The notes under the pieces were generated by a model. It did not search any database. It saw nothing but the letters and a program-made list of their open reading frames with translations, and was not told the origin of the DNA. 64,000 nucleotides of DNA from Pleomorphomonas sp. (GTDB lineage: Bacteria > Pseudomonadota > Alphaproteobacteria > Rhizobiales > Pleomorphomonadaceae). The stretch spans positions 112,731-176,730 of the forward strand of contig JAWLBM010000002.1 in the NCBI GenBank assembly GCA_041687675.1, in the 5' to 3' direction. Positions 11,601 through 20,549 of the stretch are shown here, piece by piece (position 1 is the first letter of the stretch; each line of letters begins with the position of its first letter). The translations under genes were made by a program, and so were the position numbers.

Positions 11601-14083
11601 CCGATCCGCGCGCGGTCGGTCGTCACCGGGAGTTGCCGACGACGCTCGACCGGCCGGCCGTTGGTGTCGAGCACGCGGACGTGCACCGCCGCAGTCAGCG
11701 GCAGGGTGGTCTCGGAGACGTCCGGCACCATCAGCGTCACCACCGAGGCGCCCGTCTCGTCGGTGGGCGACGCGGAGACGGGCTCGGCGACCGGCGTGAA
11801 CTCCTCGTCGTCGAGGCCGAAGCGCCAGCCGGGGGCGGAAGGAATCCCGTCCGCCCGGGTCACGTAGACCTCGCCCTCGATGGAGAGGTTCGCGGCCGGG
11901 GCGCCGTAGAGCCACTCGGCGGTGATCGTCACGTCGCGCATGCCGCCGGCCTCGAGCGGCGCCTCGCCGGGGTCGAAGTCAAAGTCGATGCGCTCGGGCA
12001 GGAAGTCCTCGACGAGGAAGCCGGTGGTGGCGAGCGCCGCAGCCTCGGGGTCGGTGTGGATCCCGGCGCTCCAGGACCCGCGCATGGCGCCTGCCGGCAG
12101 GTCGAAGGCGAAGGTCCGCCCGCCCGCGCCCTCGTCGCCCGCGGTGCGGCGCAGGAACTCCACCCCGTCCGGCCGGCGGACGATGACGGTGAGCGGCAGG
12201 TCGGCGAGCGCCTCGGCCCGGCCGTCGCGGGCGAGCGCGGTGAGGTGGACCCGCTCGCCCGGCCGGTAGATGCCGCGCTCGGGCGTGGCGAACACGTCGA
12301 CGGGCTGCGGCGGCGGGCGGCCGGTGACGCCGCGGTCGGTGAGGTCGAAGGCCGGCGCGGAGAGGTCGAGGAAGACGAAGTCGCCCCCCGCGCTCGCGCT
12401 GACCGGCGCCGGCGTGTTGCCGCCGGCCCCGCGCAGGAGGCCCGGGTCGAGGCGGGCGTAGCCGGCCTCGTCGGTGGTGGCGGTGCCGAGCACCTCGTTG
12501 TTGCGGGCGACCAGCGTGACCGTCGCCCCGGCGACCGGACCGGCGGTGCCGAGCGAGCGGAGCACCACGTGCAGGCCGTCGTTGCCGGTCATCGTCCGCA
12601 TGCCGATGTCGGTGACGACGAACCACTGGGTCGCCAGGTCGCCCCACTGGTCGGACGCATCGGCCACCTTGGCGAGCATGGCGTAGACGCCCGGCTCGAG
12701 GTCCTTCACCACCTCGCCCACCGGGATCGCCGTGGTGACCTCGCGGTTGGTCTCGCGCCGGACCTCGACGGTGCCCGTCCAGACCGCCTCGCCGCTCTGC
12801 CCGGCGATGTCCTCGGCCTGCCACTCCCCCATCGCGTTGAGGAAACGATAGCCGTCCATCACCGAGGCGAGGTTGCGCTCGCCGACGCGGACCACCCGCG
12901 CCTCGATCCTGTCGGCGTTCACCGAGACCACCGGGATCGTCGCGGCCTCGTGCCGGGGCAGCACATAGGCCCGGCCGACGAAGCGCACCGAGGCGTCGCG
13001 GTCGCGAACGTAGAACTCGGTGGTGACCGAGCGGGAGAGGACCTCGGCTCCGTCGGCGGAGGGCAGGCCCTGCCGCACGGTCATCGCATAGCGGCGGCCG
13101 AACTCGGCGCCGGACGCGCAGATCTGGCCGCTCTCCGCCTCGATCGCCAGCCCGTCGCCGCCGGCGATGGCCACGTAGTCGGCGATGTTCGGCAGCTGCC
13201 AGAGGATCGGGTCGGAGAAGGAGACGCAGATGCGCGGGCTCTCGCTCTCGGTATCCACCCGGTTGTCGACGACGCGGAAGCCGTGCCGCGCGACGAGGTC
13301 GTCGAGCCGCGCCCGCGCCTCGGCGGTGTCCTCCGCCGCCACCCGCGCCCGGGCCGCCTTGATGGCGGTGCGCCAGTCCTCGATCCGCTCGTAGCCGGTG
13401 ACCAGGAGATCGAGGGCGCGGACCCGCTCGGCGTCGTCGAGGGCGCGGACATAGGCGTTGATCGCGCCGGCGCGACCGTCCTGCTGCAGCTGCCAGCGGG
13501 CGGAGTAGTCGGTGCCGGCCGCGTTCAGCGACATGCCGGCATAGGCTTCCCAGAGGTCGAACCGCTCGGGGGCGAGGCGGATGGCCGACCGGTAGAGGCC
13601 CGCCGAGCGGGCGAGGTCGCCGGCAAGGGCGCTCGCCCGCGCGGCCTCGATCACCTCGTCGAGGGTCCCCTCGACCTGCAGGCCGCCGATGGTCCGGACC
13701 ATGTCGCCGGCGAGGTCGAAGTCCCCCTCACCGACGAAGTCGAGCTCCTGCCGCCTTACCGCCTCGAGTTCCGGCCCGGCGACCGGTCCCTCGACGATCC
13801 GGCCGGAGACCGCACCGGGGAACGAGCGCAGGTCGCCGAAGTCGGCCTTCTTGAAGCACCAGCGCGCCTTGACGTTGTAGGTGAAGGCCTTGCAGGCCCC
13901 GTCGGCGACGCAGGCCGCCTCGCAGTCCTCCACCGAGACGTCCTTGAGGGTCTCGAGGTCGCGGCCGAAGTAGTCGGCCCCCTCGGTCACGATCGCCCGG
14001 CGCTCGGCCAGGGCCGGCCCGGCGAGGATCGCGGCGAAGAGAATCGCGCCCGCGGCGCGGACTGCACGATGCCAGATGGACAT
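8609..14083 (-). CDS. Bacterial alpha-2-macroglobulin family protein (thioester type, YfhM-like) with N-terminal PAN/Apple domain
   Basis: 1,824 aa from the signal-peptide Met (MSIWHRAVRAAGAILFAAILAGPALA). PAN-like Cys pattern CEAACVADGACKAFTYNVKARWCFK. Thioester motif RYPYGCAEQITSR. Multiple MG domains. Confidence 0.85.
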   Translation of the reverse strand: MSIWHRAVRAAGAILFAAILAGPALAERRAIVTEGADYFGRDLETLKDVSVEDCEAACVADGACKAFTYNVKARWCFKKADFGDLRSFPGAVSGRIVEGPVAGPELEAVRRQELDFVGEGDFDLAGDMVRTIGGLQVEGTLDEVIEAARASALAGDLARSAGLYRSAIRLAPERFDLWEAYAGMSLNAAGTDYSARWQLQQDGRAGAINAYVRALDDAERVRALDLLVTGYERIEDWRTAIKAARARVAAEDTAEARARLDDLVARHGFRVVDNRVDTESESPRICVSFSDPILWQLPNIADYVAIAGGDGLAIEAESGQICASGAEFGRRYAMTVRQGLPSADGAEVLSRSVTTEFYVRDRDASVRFVGRAYVLPRHEAATIPVVSVNADRIEARVVRVGERNLASVMDGYRFLNAMGEWQAEDIAGQSGEAVWTGTVEVRRETNREVTTAIPVGEVVKDLEPGVYAMLAKVADASDQWGDLATQWFVVTDIGMRTMTGNDGLHVVLRSLGTAGPVAGATVTLVARNNEVLGTATTDEAGYARLDPGLLRGAGGNTPAPVSASAGGDFVFLDLSAPAFDLTDRGVTGRPPPQPVDVFATPERGIYRPGERVHLTALARDGRAEALADLPLTVIVRRPDGVEFLRRTAGDEGAGGRTFAFDLPAGAMRGSWSAGIHTDPEAAALATTGFLVEDFLPERIDFDFDPGEAPLEAGGMRDVTITAEWLYGAPAANLSIEGEVYVTRADGIPSAPGWRFGLDDEEFTPVAEPVSASPTDETGASVVTLMVPDVSETTLPLTAAVHVRVLDTNGRPVERRRQLPVTTDRARIGVKPGFEQTVREGAPARFELAAFGPDGRRVAASGLAWTLSRIDKRYQWYRDGGSWTYRLLETTERVASGSVDTPAEGAAAIEAATDWGEYRLAVEDPSGQLVPASFRFYSGWYVPPGADPAPDILEVSLDKPAYAVGDRLTARILPRFPGKAIVSVVDDRLIDMQVIDVGEEGGTASFPVTGEWGPGAYVTAELIRPLDVPAGRMPQRALGLAWAGVDPAERRLEVEVAVPDEVRPRGPLPIEIDLPSARAGEEVFVTLAAVDAGILNLTGFEPPAPDDWYFARRSLGMQIRDLYGRLIDTTIGTRGEVRSGGDGAGIARLVGPPPMETLVAFFQGVTRAGEDGKVRASFDLPDFNGTVRVMAMAWSARGVGHGSADVLVRDPVVVQAALPNFLAPGDSSRLRLDLTHVTGPSGEFRLAVRAAGDLVGVDEAFADRTLTLADRSSASVLVPLEARGVGDETLTVALTVPGGEVLTRTLTLPVRANEPPTVRVSDLELAAGGGALTVDADLLSDFVPGTAAATVTVGSLAGIDLPGLVRALDRYPYGCAEQITSRALPLVYLDEVILAAGLEDGAPVRERVQKAIEAVLVNQSANGSFGLWQPDWDGDAWLSAYVSDFLTRAKEKGYDVPPVALELALTNLRNRLSYAQDFTEGGEAIAYGLYVLARNGRAAVGDLRYYAEVKLDAFTTPLAKAQIGAALALYGDAAGADRAFRAARDALAAKAGGAGWRADYGTVLRDGAAMLTLVSETRAASTDVDSLVETVRGLAGDVQHTSTQEKTWLLLAANALLVDGRKPSVEVNGVRREGVYTAGFEAADLAPGPVVLRNLAPYPVDARVTVAGVPVTPDPAGGRGYSISRRAYDLDGNEVDLAAPMPLGTRLVMVLTVEGMTSAEARLMVDDPLPAGFVIDNPNLLSGADVASLSWLDLLPKTAASEFRADRFLTAVDQAGMGAFSVGYMVRAVAPGDFAWPAAIVEDMYRPEMRARTGSGRLVVEGPLR

Positions 14084-14230
14084 GCCCCGACCTCCCCCGG
14101 ACCCGGGACGCCAGCCGCCAGGTGACCCGCGCGTCCCGCTGCGACGGCGATTAGAGCAGCGCCCCCACCACCGCACAAGTGACAGGAAGGATCCCGGCCG
14201 ATGATGTCGAAAGGAAGACGGCCGGAACCC

Positions 14231-16075
14231 TCAGAGCGTGCGTCGCGTCGGATCGGCGGCGTCGATGACGCGGAGTTGCGGCCGCGGTTCGCCCTGCCAA
14301 TGGTCGAGGGTGAGCACGCCGGCGACGTGCAGCGGCTTGCCGCGGCTGGCGGCGATGAGGTCGCCGAGCGGCTGGCCGGCGGCGCGGAAGGCCATCGCCT
14401 TGAGCTTGGTGCCGTCCGGCGACTGGAGCTGCATCCGGACGTGGCCGTTGCCGACCGGCTCCGCATAGGCCACCCGGTGCGCCGGCAGCGCGAACACCGG
14501 GTCGGGCTGGCCGGAGCCGAAGGGACCGCAGCGCTCCAGGGTCTCGATCAGGTCGACGGTGGCGCCGCCCGCGGTCACCGCGCCGTCGATCGGCAGGCTG
14601 CGGTCGGCGGCGGCGGCCTCCACGCCGGCCCGCACCCGCTCGTCGACGAAGCGCGAGAGGTCGGCGATGCGCTCGCGGTCGACCGTGAGGCCCGCCGCCA
14701 TGGCGTGCCCGCCGCCTTTCCGGAGCAGCCCCTCCGCCACCGCCTCGCGGACCACCCGTCCGATGTCGACCCCGGGGATCGAGCGGCAGGAGCCGGTGCC
14801 CGGGCCCTCGCCGTCGAGGGCGATGGCGATCGCCGGGCGGTTGTGCCGCTCCTTGAGCCGCGCGGCGACGAGGCCGACGATGCCCGGGTGCCAGCGCTCC
14901 GAGGCGGCCACCACCACGGCCGGGTCGCGGCCCGCCATTTCGGCGGCGACCATCGCCTCCGCCTCCTCCAGCGCCAGGGCCTCCATGGTCTGGCGCTCGC
15001 GGTTGAGCCGGTCGAGTTCCGCGGCCATGCGGCCGGCCTCGACCGGGTCCTCGCACATCAGCAGGCGGGCGCCGAGCGCGGCGTCGCCGATCCGGCCGCC
15101 GGCGTTGATGCGCGGCCCGATCAGGTAGCCGAGGTGGTAGGTCGTCGGCGGGCCGGAGAGGCGCACGACGTCGCCGAGGGCGGCGATGCCGCGGTTGAGC
15201 CGGGAGCGCATGACCTGCAGGCCCTTCACCACATAGGCCCGGTTGAGGCCGCTGAGCGGGACGACGTCGCAGACCGTGCCGAGGGCGACGAGGTCGAGCA
15301 GGGCGAGAAGATCCGGCTCCGCCTGTCCCCGCCGGGCGAACCAGCCGCGGCGCCGGAGTTCCCGCTGCACCGCCACGGCGCCGAGGAAGGTGACGCCGAC
15401 CGCGGCGAGATGGCCGAGGCCGGAGAGATCGTCCTGCCGGTTCGGATTGACCATCGCCCGCACCTCGGGGATCTCCACGCCCGCCTGGTGGTGGTCGAGC
15501 GTCACCACGTCCAGCCCCGCCCGCCGGGCCGCCTCGAACGCCTCGAAGCTGTGGGTGCCGCAGTCGAGCGTCACCAGCAGCCGGGCGCCGCCGGCGGCGA
15601 GGTCGCCGACCGCGCGCGGGTTCGGGCCGTAGCCGTCGACGAGGCGGTCGGGGATGTAGACCACCGGCTCCAGGCCGTAGGCGCGGAGCAATCGGCCGAG
15701 CAGCGCCGACGACGTCGCCCCGTCGACGTCATAGTCGCCGAAGATGGCGACCGCCTCGCCGCGCTCCACCGCGTCGGCGATCCGGTCCGCGGCGGCATCC
15801 ATGTCGACCAGCAGGGAGGGGTCCGGCATCAGCCGCTTCAGCGTCGGCGCGAGGTAGTCCTCCGCCGCGTCGGCCTCGATGCCGCGCGAGGCGAGAACGC
15901 GCGCCACCACCTCCGGAAGGCCGCAGCGCTGGGCGATGGCGAGGGCGATCGGATGGAGGTTCGGGCCAAGCCGGTCGGTCCAGATGCGACCCGTGGCGGA
16001 TCGCATCACGTCGAGGACCGGGCGCGGGGTGGTGTCCAGCACGGCGGGGTCGGCGAATCGGGTCACGGCAACCAT
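14231..16075 (-). CDS. recJ: Single-stranded-DNA-specific exonuclease RecJ
   Basis: 614 aa. DHH motifs (FGDYDVDGATSSALL, TLDHHQ), DHHA1 domain (GGGHAMAAG) and C-terminal OB fold. Confidence 0.88.
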   Translation of the reverse strand: MVAVTRFADPAVLDTTPRPVLDVMRSATGRIWTDRLGPNLHPIALAIAQRCGLPEVVARVLASRGIEADAAEDYLAPTLKRLMPDPSLLVDMDAAADRIADAVERGEAVAIFGDYDVDGATSSALLGRLLRAYGLEPVVYIPDRLVDGYGPNPRAVGDLAAGGARLLVTLDCGTHSFEAFEAARRAGLDVVTLDHHQAGVEIPEVRAMVNPNRQDDLSGLGHLAAVGVTFLGAVAVQRELRRRGWFARRGQAEPDLLALLDLVALGTVCDVVPLSGLNRAYVVKGLQVMRSRLNRGIAALGDVVRLSGPPTTYHLGYLIGPRINAGGRIGDAALGARLLMCEDPVEAGRMAAELDRLNRERQTMEALALEEAEAMVAAEMAGRDPAVVVAASERWHPGIVGLVAARLKERHNRPAIAIALDGEGPGTGSCRSIPGVDIGRVVREAVAEGLLRKGGGHAMAAGLTVDRERIADLSRFVDERVRAGVEAAAADRSLPIDGAVTAGGATVDLIETLERCGPFGSGQPDPVFALPAHRVAYAEPVGNGHVRMQLQSPDGTKLKAMAFRAAGQPLGDLIAASRGKPLHVAGVLTLDHWQGEPRPQLRVIDAADPTRRTL

Positions 16076-16143
16076 GACCGACCATAGCCGCGGGATCCCG
16101 GCGGTGCGAGGGCCGCCGGGACTTCATCCCCCACTGAGCGTCG

Positions 16144-17136
16144 TCAGCGGGCCTCGAACTTCGACATGTCGGTGTGGGAGGCGCGGATCCAGCGCACGGT
16201 GCCGGTCGAGGAGCGCATCACCACGGTGTGGGTCTCCACCCGGTCGCCGCGGGCGAACTTGACGCCCTGCAGCAGGTTGCCGTCGGTGACGCCGGTCGCG
16301 GCGAACAGCACGTCGCCCTGCGCCATCTCCTCCATCAGGTACTTCTTGCGCACGTCCTCAATGCCCATGCGCTGGGCGCGCTGGACCTGTTCCTCGCGGT
16401 TGATCACCAGGCGGCCCTGCATCTGGCCGCCGATGCAGCGCAGCGCCGCCGCCGCCAGCACGCCCTCCGGCGCGCCGCCGATGCCGAGGTAGATGTCGAT
16501 GCCGGTCTCGTCCGGCTCGGTGGTGTGGATGACGCCGGCGACGTCGCCGTCGCCGATCAGGCGGATGGCGGCGCCGGTGCTGCGCACCTCCTCGACGAGG
16601 CGCGCGTGGCGCGGACGGTCGAGGATGCAGGCGGTCACCTCGCCCACCGGCACGCCCTTGGCCGCGGCGACGGCGCGGATGTTCTCCGCGGGCGTGGCGT
16701 CGAGGTCGACGAGGCCCGGCGGATAGCCCGGGCCGATGGCGATCTTGTCCATGTAGACGTCGGGGGCGTTCAGCAGCCCGCCCTGCTCGGCGATGGCGAT
16801 GACCGCCAGCGCGTTCGGCAGGTTCTTGGCGCAGATGGTGGTGCCCTCGAGCGGGTCGAGCGCGATGTCGACCTTCGGCCCCTTTCCGGCGCCCACCTCC
16901 TCGCCGATGTAGAGCATCGGCGCCTCGTCCCGCTCGCCCTCGCCGATCACCACGGTGCCCTGGATCGGCAACTGGTTGAGCTCCCGGCGCATGGCGTCCA
17001 CCGCGGCCTGGTCGGCGGCCTTCTCGTCGCCGCGGCCGCGCAGCCGGGCTGCCGATACGGCCGCGCGCTCGGTGACGCGGACGAGTTCGAGAGTGAGGAT
17101 GCGGTCGAGCGAGCTACCGGCCTTGGGCGACATCAA
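16144..17136 (-). CDS. glpX: Fructose-1,6-bisphosphatase class II (GlpX)
   Basis: 330 aa. ...GEGERDEAPMLYIGE...DIALDPLEGTT... and TGVTDG motifs typical of GlpX. Confidence 0.85.
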   Translation of the reverse strand: MMSPKAGSSLDRILTLELVRVTERAAVSAARLRGRGDEKAADQAAVDAMRRELNQLPIQGTVVIGEGERDEAPMLYIGEEVGAGKGPKVDIALDPLEGTTICAKNLPNALAVIAIAEQGGLLNAPDVYMDKIAIGPGYPPGLVDLDATPAENIRAVAAAKGVPVGEVTACILDRPRHARLVEEVRSTGAAIRLIGDGDVAGVIHTTEPDETGIDIYLGIGGAPEGVLAAAALRCIGGQMQGRLVINREEQVQRAQRMGIEDVRKKYLMEEMAQGDVLFAATGVTDGNLLQGVKFARGDRVETHTVVMRSSTGTVRWIRASHTDMSKFEAR

Positions 17137-17255
17137 TTCCTATCCCTGTTCGATCGTCGGCTGCCAGCGGACACGAGACTGCGGGTCCGCGTCAATCGAC
17201 CGATCGGCCTATCCAAGCCCCCTCGGCCTGTGAGTGCTAGTCCTCGAAACTTGCC

Positions 17256-18578
17256 TCAAAGATCTTCGCTTCTGATTAGTTTGGGGCTCGAAGCAATGTG
17301 CCCGTCCCGCTCGATCTCGGCCAGCGCCTTGCGGATCTCCGTCTCGCGGGTGGCGTAGGTGATCAGCACCACCGGCTGCGGATCCTCCGGCACCGCGGCG
17401 GCCGGCGCCTCTGAGCGCGGCGCCCGGCGCCGCTGCACGATCGACTCCAGCGAGATGCCGTGCTCGGCCATGCGGGTGGCGATGCCGGCGAAGGCGCCCG
17501 GCCGATCGAACACCGAGAGGCGCACGTAGTAGCCGCCGAGGTGGGTCCCGATCTCCGCCCGCACATAGGGCTCGAGGTCGGCGGCGCTGCGGCCGAACAC
17601 GGGCGTGGCGTTGCCGCGGGCGATGTCGACCACGTCGGCGATCACCGACGAGGCCGTCGCACCGCCGCCCGCGCCGGGGCCGACCAGCACGATCTCGCCG
17701 ACGGCGTCGCCGTCGAGGGCGACGGCGTTGAGCACGCCGTCGGTCCGCGCCACCGCGGAGGACTTCGGCACCATGGTCGGGTGCACCCGCGCCTCGATGC
17801 CGGCGCCGATGCGGCGGGCGATGCCGAGCAGCTTGATCCGGTAGCCGAGTTCGTCGGCGGCGACGATGTCGGCGAGGGTGATCTCGCCGATCCCCTCGAC
17901 GTAGATCGCCTCCGCGTCGATCTCGGTGCCGAAGGCGAGGCTGGCGAGGATCGACAGCTTGTGCGCGGTGTCGAAGCCCTCGACGTCGAAGGTCGGGTCC
18001 GCCTCCGCATAGCCGAGGCGCTGCGCCTCGGCGAGGCAGGCCTCGAAGGAGAGGCCCTCCCGCTCCATGCGGGTCAGGATGTAGTTGCAGGTGCCGTTGA
18101 GGATGCCGTAGACGCGGGTGATCCGGTTGGCCGCGAGGCTCTCCTTCAGCGTCTTGATGACCGGGATGCCGCCGGCGACGGCGGCCTCGAAGCCGATCGC
18201 CACGCCTGCCTCCTCGGCCATCCTGGCAAGCTCCACGCCGTGCCTCGCCAGCAGCGCCTTGTTGGCCGTGACGACCGGCTTGCCGGCCGAAAGCGCCGCA
18301 CGGACGGTCGCCTCCGCCGGGCCGCTATCGCCGCCGATCAGTTCCAGCACCACGTCGACGCCGGGATCGCGGGCGAGAGCGGCCGGGTCGTCGTGCCAGG
18401 CGAGCGGCGAGAGGTCCACGCCGCGGTCGCGGGTGCGGTCGCGCGCCGAGACGGCGACCACCTCGATCGGACGGCCGGCCCTCAGGGCGAGGCCGTCGGC
18501 ATTGTCCCGGACGATGCGCAGGACGGACGCTCCCACGGTGCCGAGGCCGGCGAGGCCCAGGCGAAGCGACTTCGGCAT
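17256..18578 (-). CDS. hom: Homoserine dehydrogenase
   Basis: Start at MPKSLRLGLAGLGTVG (Rossmann fold) inside the longer ORF 17256..18716. Central catalytic domain and C-terminal ACT domain (YYVRLSVFDRPGAFAGIA). Confidence 0.85.
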   Translation of the reverse strand: MPKSLRLGLAGLGTVGASVLRIVRDNADGLALRAGRPIEVVAVSARDRTRDRGVDLSPLAWHDDPAALARDPGVDVVLELIGGDSGPAEATVRAALSAGKPVVTANKALLARHGVELARMAEEAGVAIGFEAAVAGGIPVIKTLKESLAANRITRVYGILNGTCNYILTRMEREGLSFEACLAEAQRLGYAEADPTFDVEGFDTAHKLSILASLAFGTEIDAEAIYVEGIGEITLADIVAADELGYRIKLLGIARRIGAGIEARVHPTMVPKSSAVARTDGVLNAVALDGDAVGEIVLVGPGAGGGATASSVIADVVDIARGNATPVFGRSAADLEPYVRAEIGTHLGGYYVRLSVFDRPGAFAGIATRMAEHGISLESIVQRRRAPRSEAPAAAVPEDPQPVVLITYATRETEIRKALAEIERDGHIASSPKLIRSEDL

Positions 18579-18660
18579 GGTGTTTCCCGTGCTGGAACTC
18601 GATGCGGACACGGCGCGCGGGCGCCGGGAGGCGCCGCCACCCCGGGCCGCGGGCGGGCGA

Positions 18661-19890
18661 TCAGCGGCGTGCGTTGATCGGGATGACGTTGTGCATCGTT
18701 TCATCCGCGTGATCAAGGAAGCGGCGGATCGACCGCGCCGCCTGGCGGATGCGCTGCTCGTTCTCGACGAGGGCGATGCGGACGTAGTCGTCGCCGTGCT
18801 CGCCGAAGCCGATCCCCGGCGCGACGGCGACGTCGGCCTTCTCGATGAGGAGCTTGGAGAACTCCAGGCTGCCGAGCGCGCGGAACTTCTCCGGCAGCGG
18901 CGCCCAGGCGAACATCGAGGCCCGCGGCGGCGGGATCTCCCAGCCGGCGCGGCCGAAGCTCTCGACCAGCACGTCGCGGCGGCGCTTGTAGGTCTGGCGC
19001 ACCTCGTCGATGTGCCTCTCCGCGTCCGGCGCGTTGAGCGCCGCGGCCGCGGCGACCTGGATCGGCGTGAAGGCGCCGTAGTCGAGGTAGCTCTTCACCC
19101 TTGCGAGCGCGGCGATCAGGCGCTCGTTGCCGACTGCGAAGCCCATCCGCCAGCCGGCCATCGAGAAGGTCTTCGACATGGAGGTGAATTCCACGGCGAC
19201 GTCCATGGCGCCGGGCACCTCGAGGATCGAGGGCGGCGGCACGCCGTCGTAGAAGATCTCCGAATAGGCGAGGTCGGAGAGCACGAACACCTCGTGCCGG
19301 CGGGCGAAGGCCACCACGTCCTTGTAGAAGTCGAGGTCCGCAACCTCGGCGGTGGGGTTGCTCGGGTAGCAGAGCACCATGGCGATCGGCTTGGGGATCG
19401 AGTGGATCACCGCGCGCTCCAGCGCATGGAAGAACTCCGGCCCCGGCGTCACCGGGATCGAGCGGATCACGCCGCCGGCCATCAGGAAGCCGAAGGCGTG
19501 GATCGGGTAGCTGGGGTTCGGGCAGAGCACCACGTCGCCCGGCGCGGTGATCGCCTGGGCCATGTTGGCGAAGCCTTCCTTGGAGCCGAGCGTCGCCACC
19601 ACCTGGGTCTCGGGGTTGAGCTTCACCCCGAAGCGGCGGTCGTAGTAGGCCGCCTGGGCGCGGCGCAGGCCGGCGATGCCGCGGGAGGCGGAGTAGCCGT
19701 GGGTGTCAGGCCGCCGCACGGTGTCCACCAGCTTGTCAACGATGTGCTTCGGGGTCGGCAGGTCGGGATTGCCCATGCCGAGATCGACGATGTCCGCGCC
19801 CCCGGCCCTTGCGCTGGCCTTCAGCCGGTTGACCTGCTCGAACACGTAAGGCGGCAGTCGCTTGATCTTGTGGAACTCGGCGTTGCTCAT
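18661..19890 (-). CDS. Pyridoxal-phosphate-dependent aminotransferase, class I/II (AlaC/Aat-like)
   Basis: 409 aa. N-terminus MSNAEFHKIKRLPPYVFEQVN, PLP-lysine motif SMSKTFSMAGWRMG, NPTG motif. Confidence 0.8.
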   Translation of the reverse strand: MSNAEFHKIKRLPPYVFEQVNRLKASARAGGADIVDLGMGNPDLPTPKHIVDKLVDTVRRPDTHGYSASRGIAGLRRAQAAYYDRRFGVKLNPETQVVATLGSKEGFANMAQAITAPGDVVLCPNPSYPIHAFGFLMAGGVIRSIPVTPGPEFFHALERAVIHSIPKPIAMVLCYPSNPTAEVADLDFYKDVVAFARRHEVFVLSDLAYSEIFYDGVPPPSILEVPGAMDVAVEFTSMSKTFSMAGWRMGFAVGNERLIAALARVKSYLDYGAFTPIQVAAAAALNAPDAERHIDEVRQTYKRRRDVLVESFGRAGWEIPPPRASMFAWAPLPEKFRALGSLEFSKLLIEKADVAVAPGIGFGEHGDDYVRIALVENEQRIRQAARSIRRFLDHADETMHNVIPINARR

Positions 19891-19999
19891 GGCCAGTCAT
19901 CCCGTCGCGGGGCGAATCGATCGGCGCGGCCGCGGCCGGTCCAGCGCACAGGTCGCAAGGTCATAGCACCTCGCGGCGATCGCGTGGGCGGAAATTCGT

Positions 20000-20371
20000 C
20001 TACTGCGGGGCGGGAACGCAGGCCGGGTCGACGGCCGGGTCGCAGACGGGCGGAACGGGCTCGGCGGTCGCCCCCTCGAGCAGTTCCCTCGCCTCCTCCT
20101 CCTGCTGCTGGCGGATGATCGTCAGCGCCATCGCCGAGGGCAGCCCGCCGACCGCCGCACGGCCCTCGTCGGCGTTGCGGTCCGCGGCGGCGCCGAGGTC
20201 GCGGGCGAGTTCGTCGCGGTCGTCCGGCGACAGCACCGGCTGGCTGTCGGCGGTGCCGGGCAGCGCCGGAAGGCGGTCCGCGAGGAAGTCGGCCGGGCCC
20301 TGCGCGCAGCCGGCGAGGATGAGGATCGCGGCGGCCGCCGCCCCCCATGGTCCGATCGCCCGTGCCACCAT
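20000..20371 (-). CDS. Small hypothetical lipoprotein
   Basis: 123 aa. Signal peptide plus lipobox ILAGC, with a Cys-rich C-terminus. Coding evidence is only ORF/lipobox; no family recognised. Confidence 0.4.
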   Translation of the reverse strand: MVARAIGPWGAAAAAILILAGCAQGPADFLADRLPALPGTADSQPVLSPDDRDELARDLGAAADRNADEGRAAVGGLPSAMALTIIRQQQEEEARELLEGATAEPVPPVCDPAVDPACVPAPQ

Positions 20372-20549
20372 GCGCTTGCCCCTTTCTCCACCGGGTCCGT
20401 CCGTCTATTGACGGGGATGCCCGAACCGTCGGCCGACCTTAGTTTACACGACGTGAATCCGCGGTGAACGGCGAGGGCGTACCGTCCGCGGGCGAACCGC
20501 GCTAGCATGGACGCGGTTGGGTGGAGAGTCAGGAACCGGGGGAGTGCTG

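Noticed and set aside
9287-14125. 1,612-aa plus-strand ORF, and also 9891..11915 minus-strand 674-aa ORF
   Set aside because: Antisense or out of frame to the well-supported alpha-2-macroglobulin gene. Composition is dominated by R/G/A/P/D repeats with no recognisable domains.
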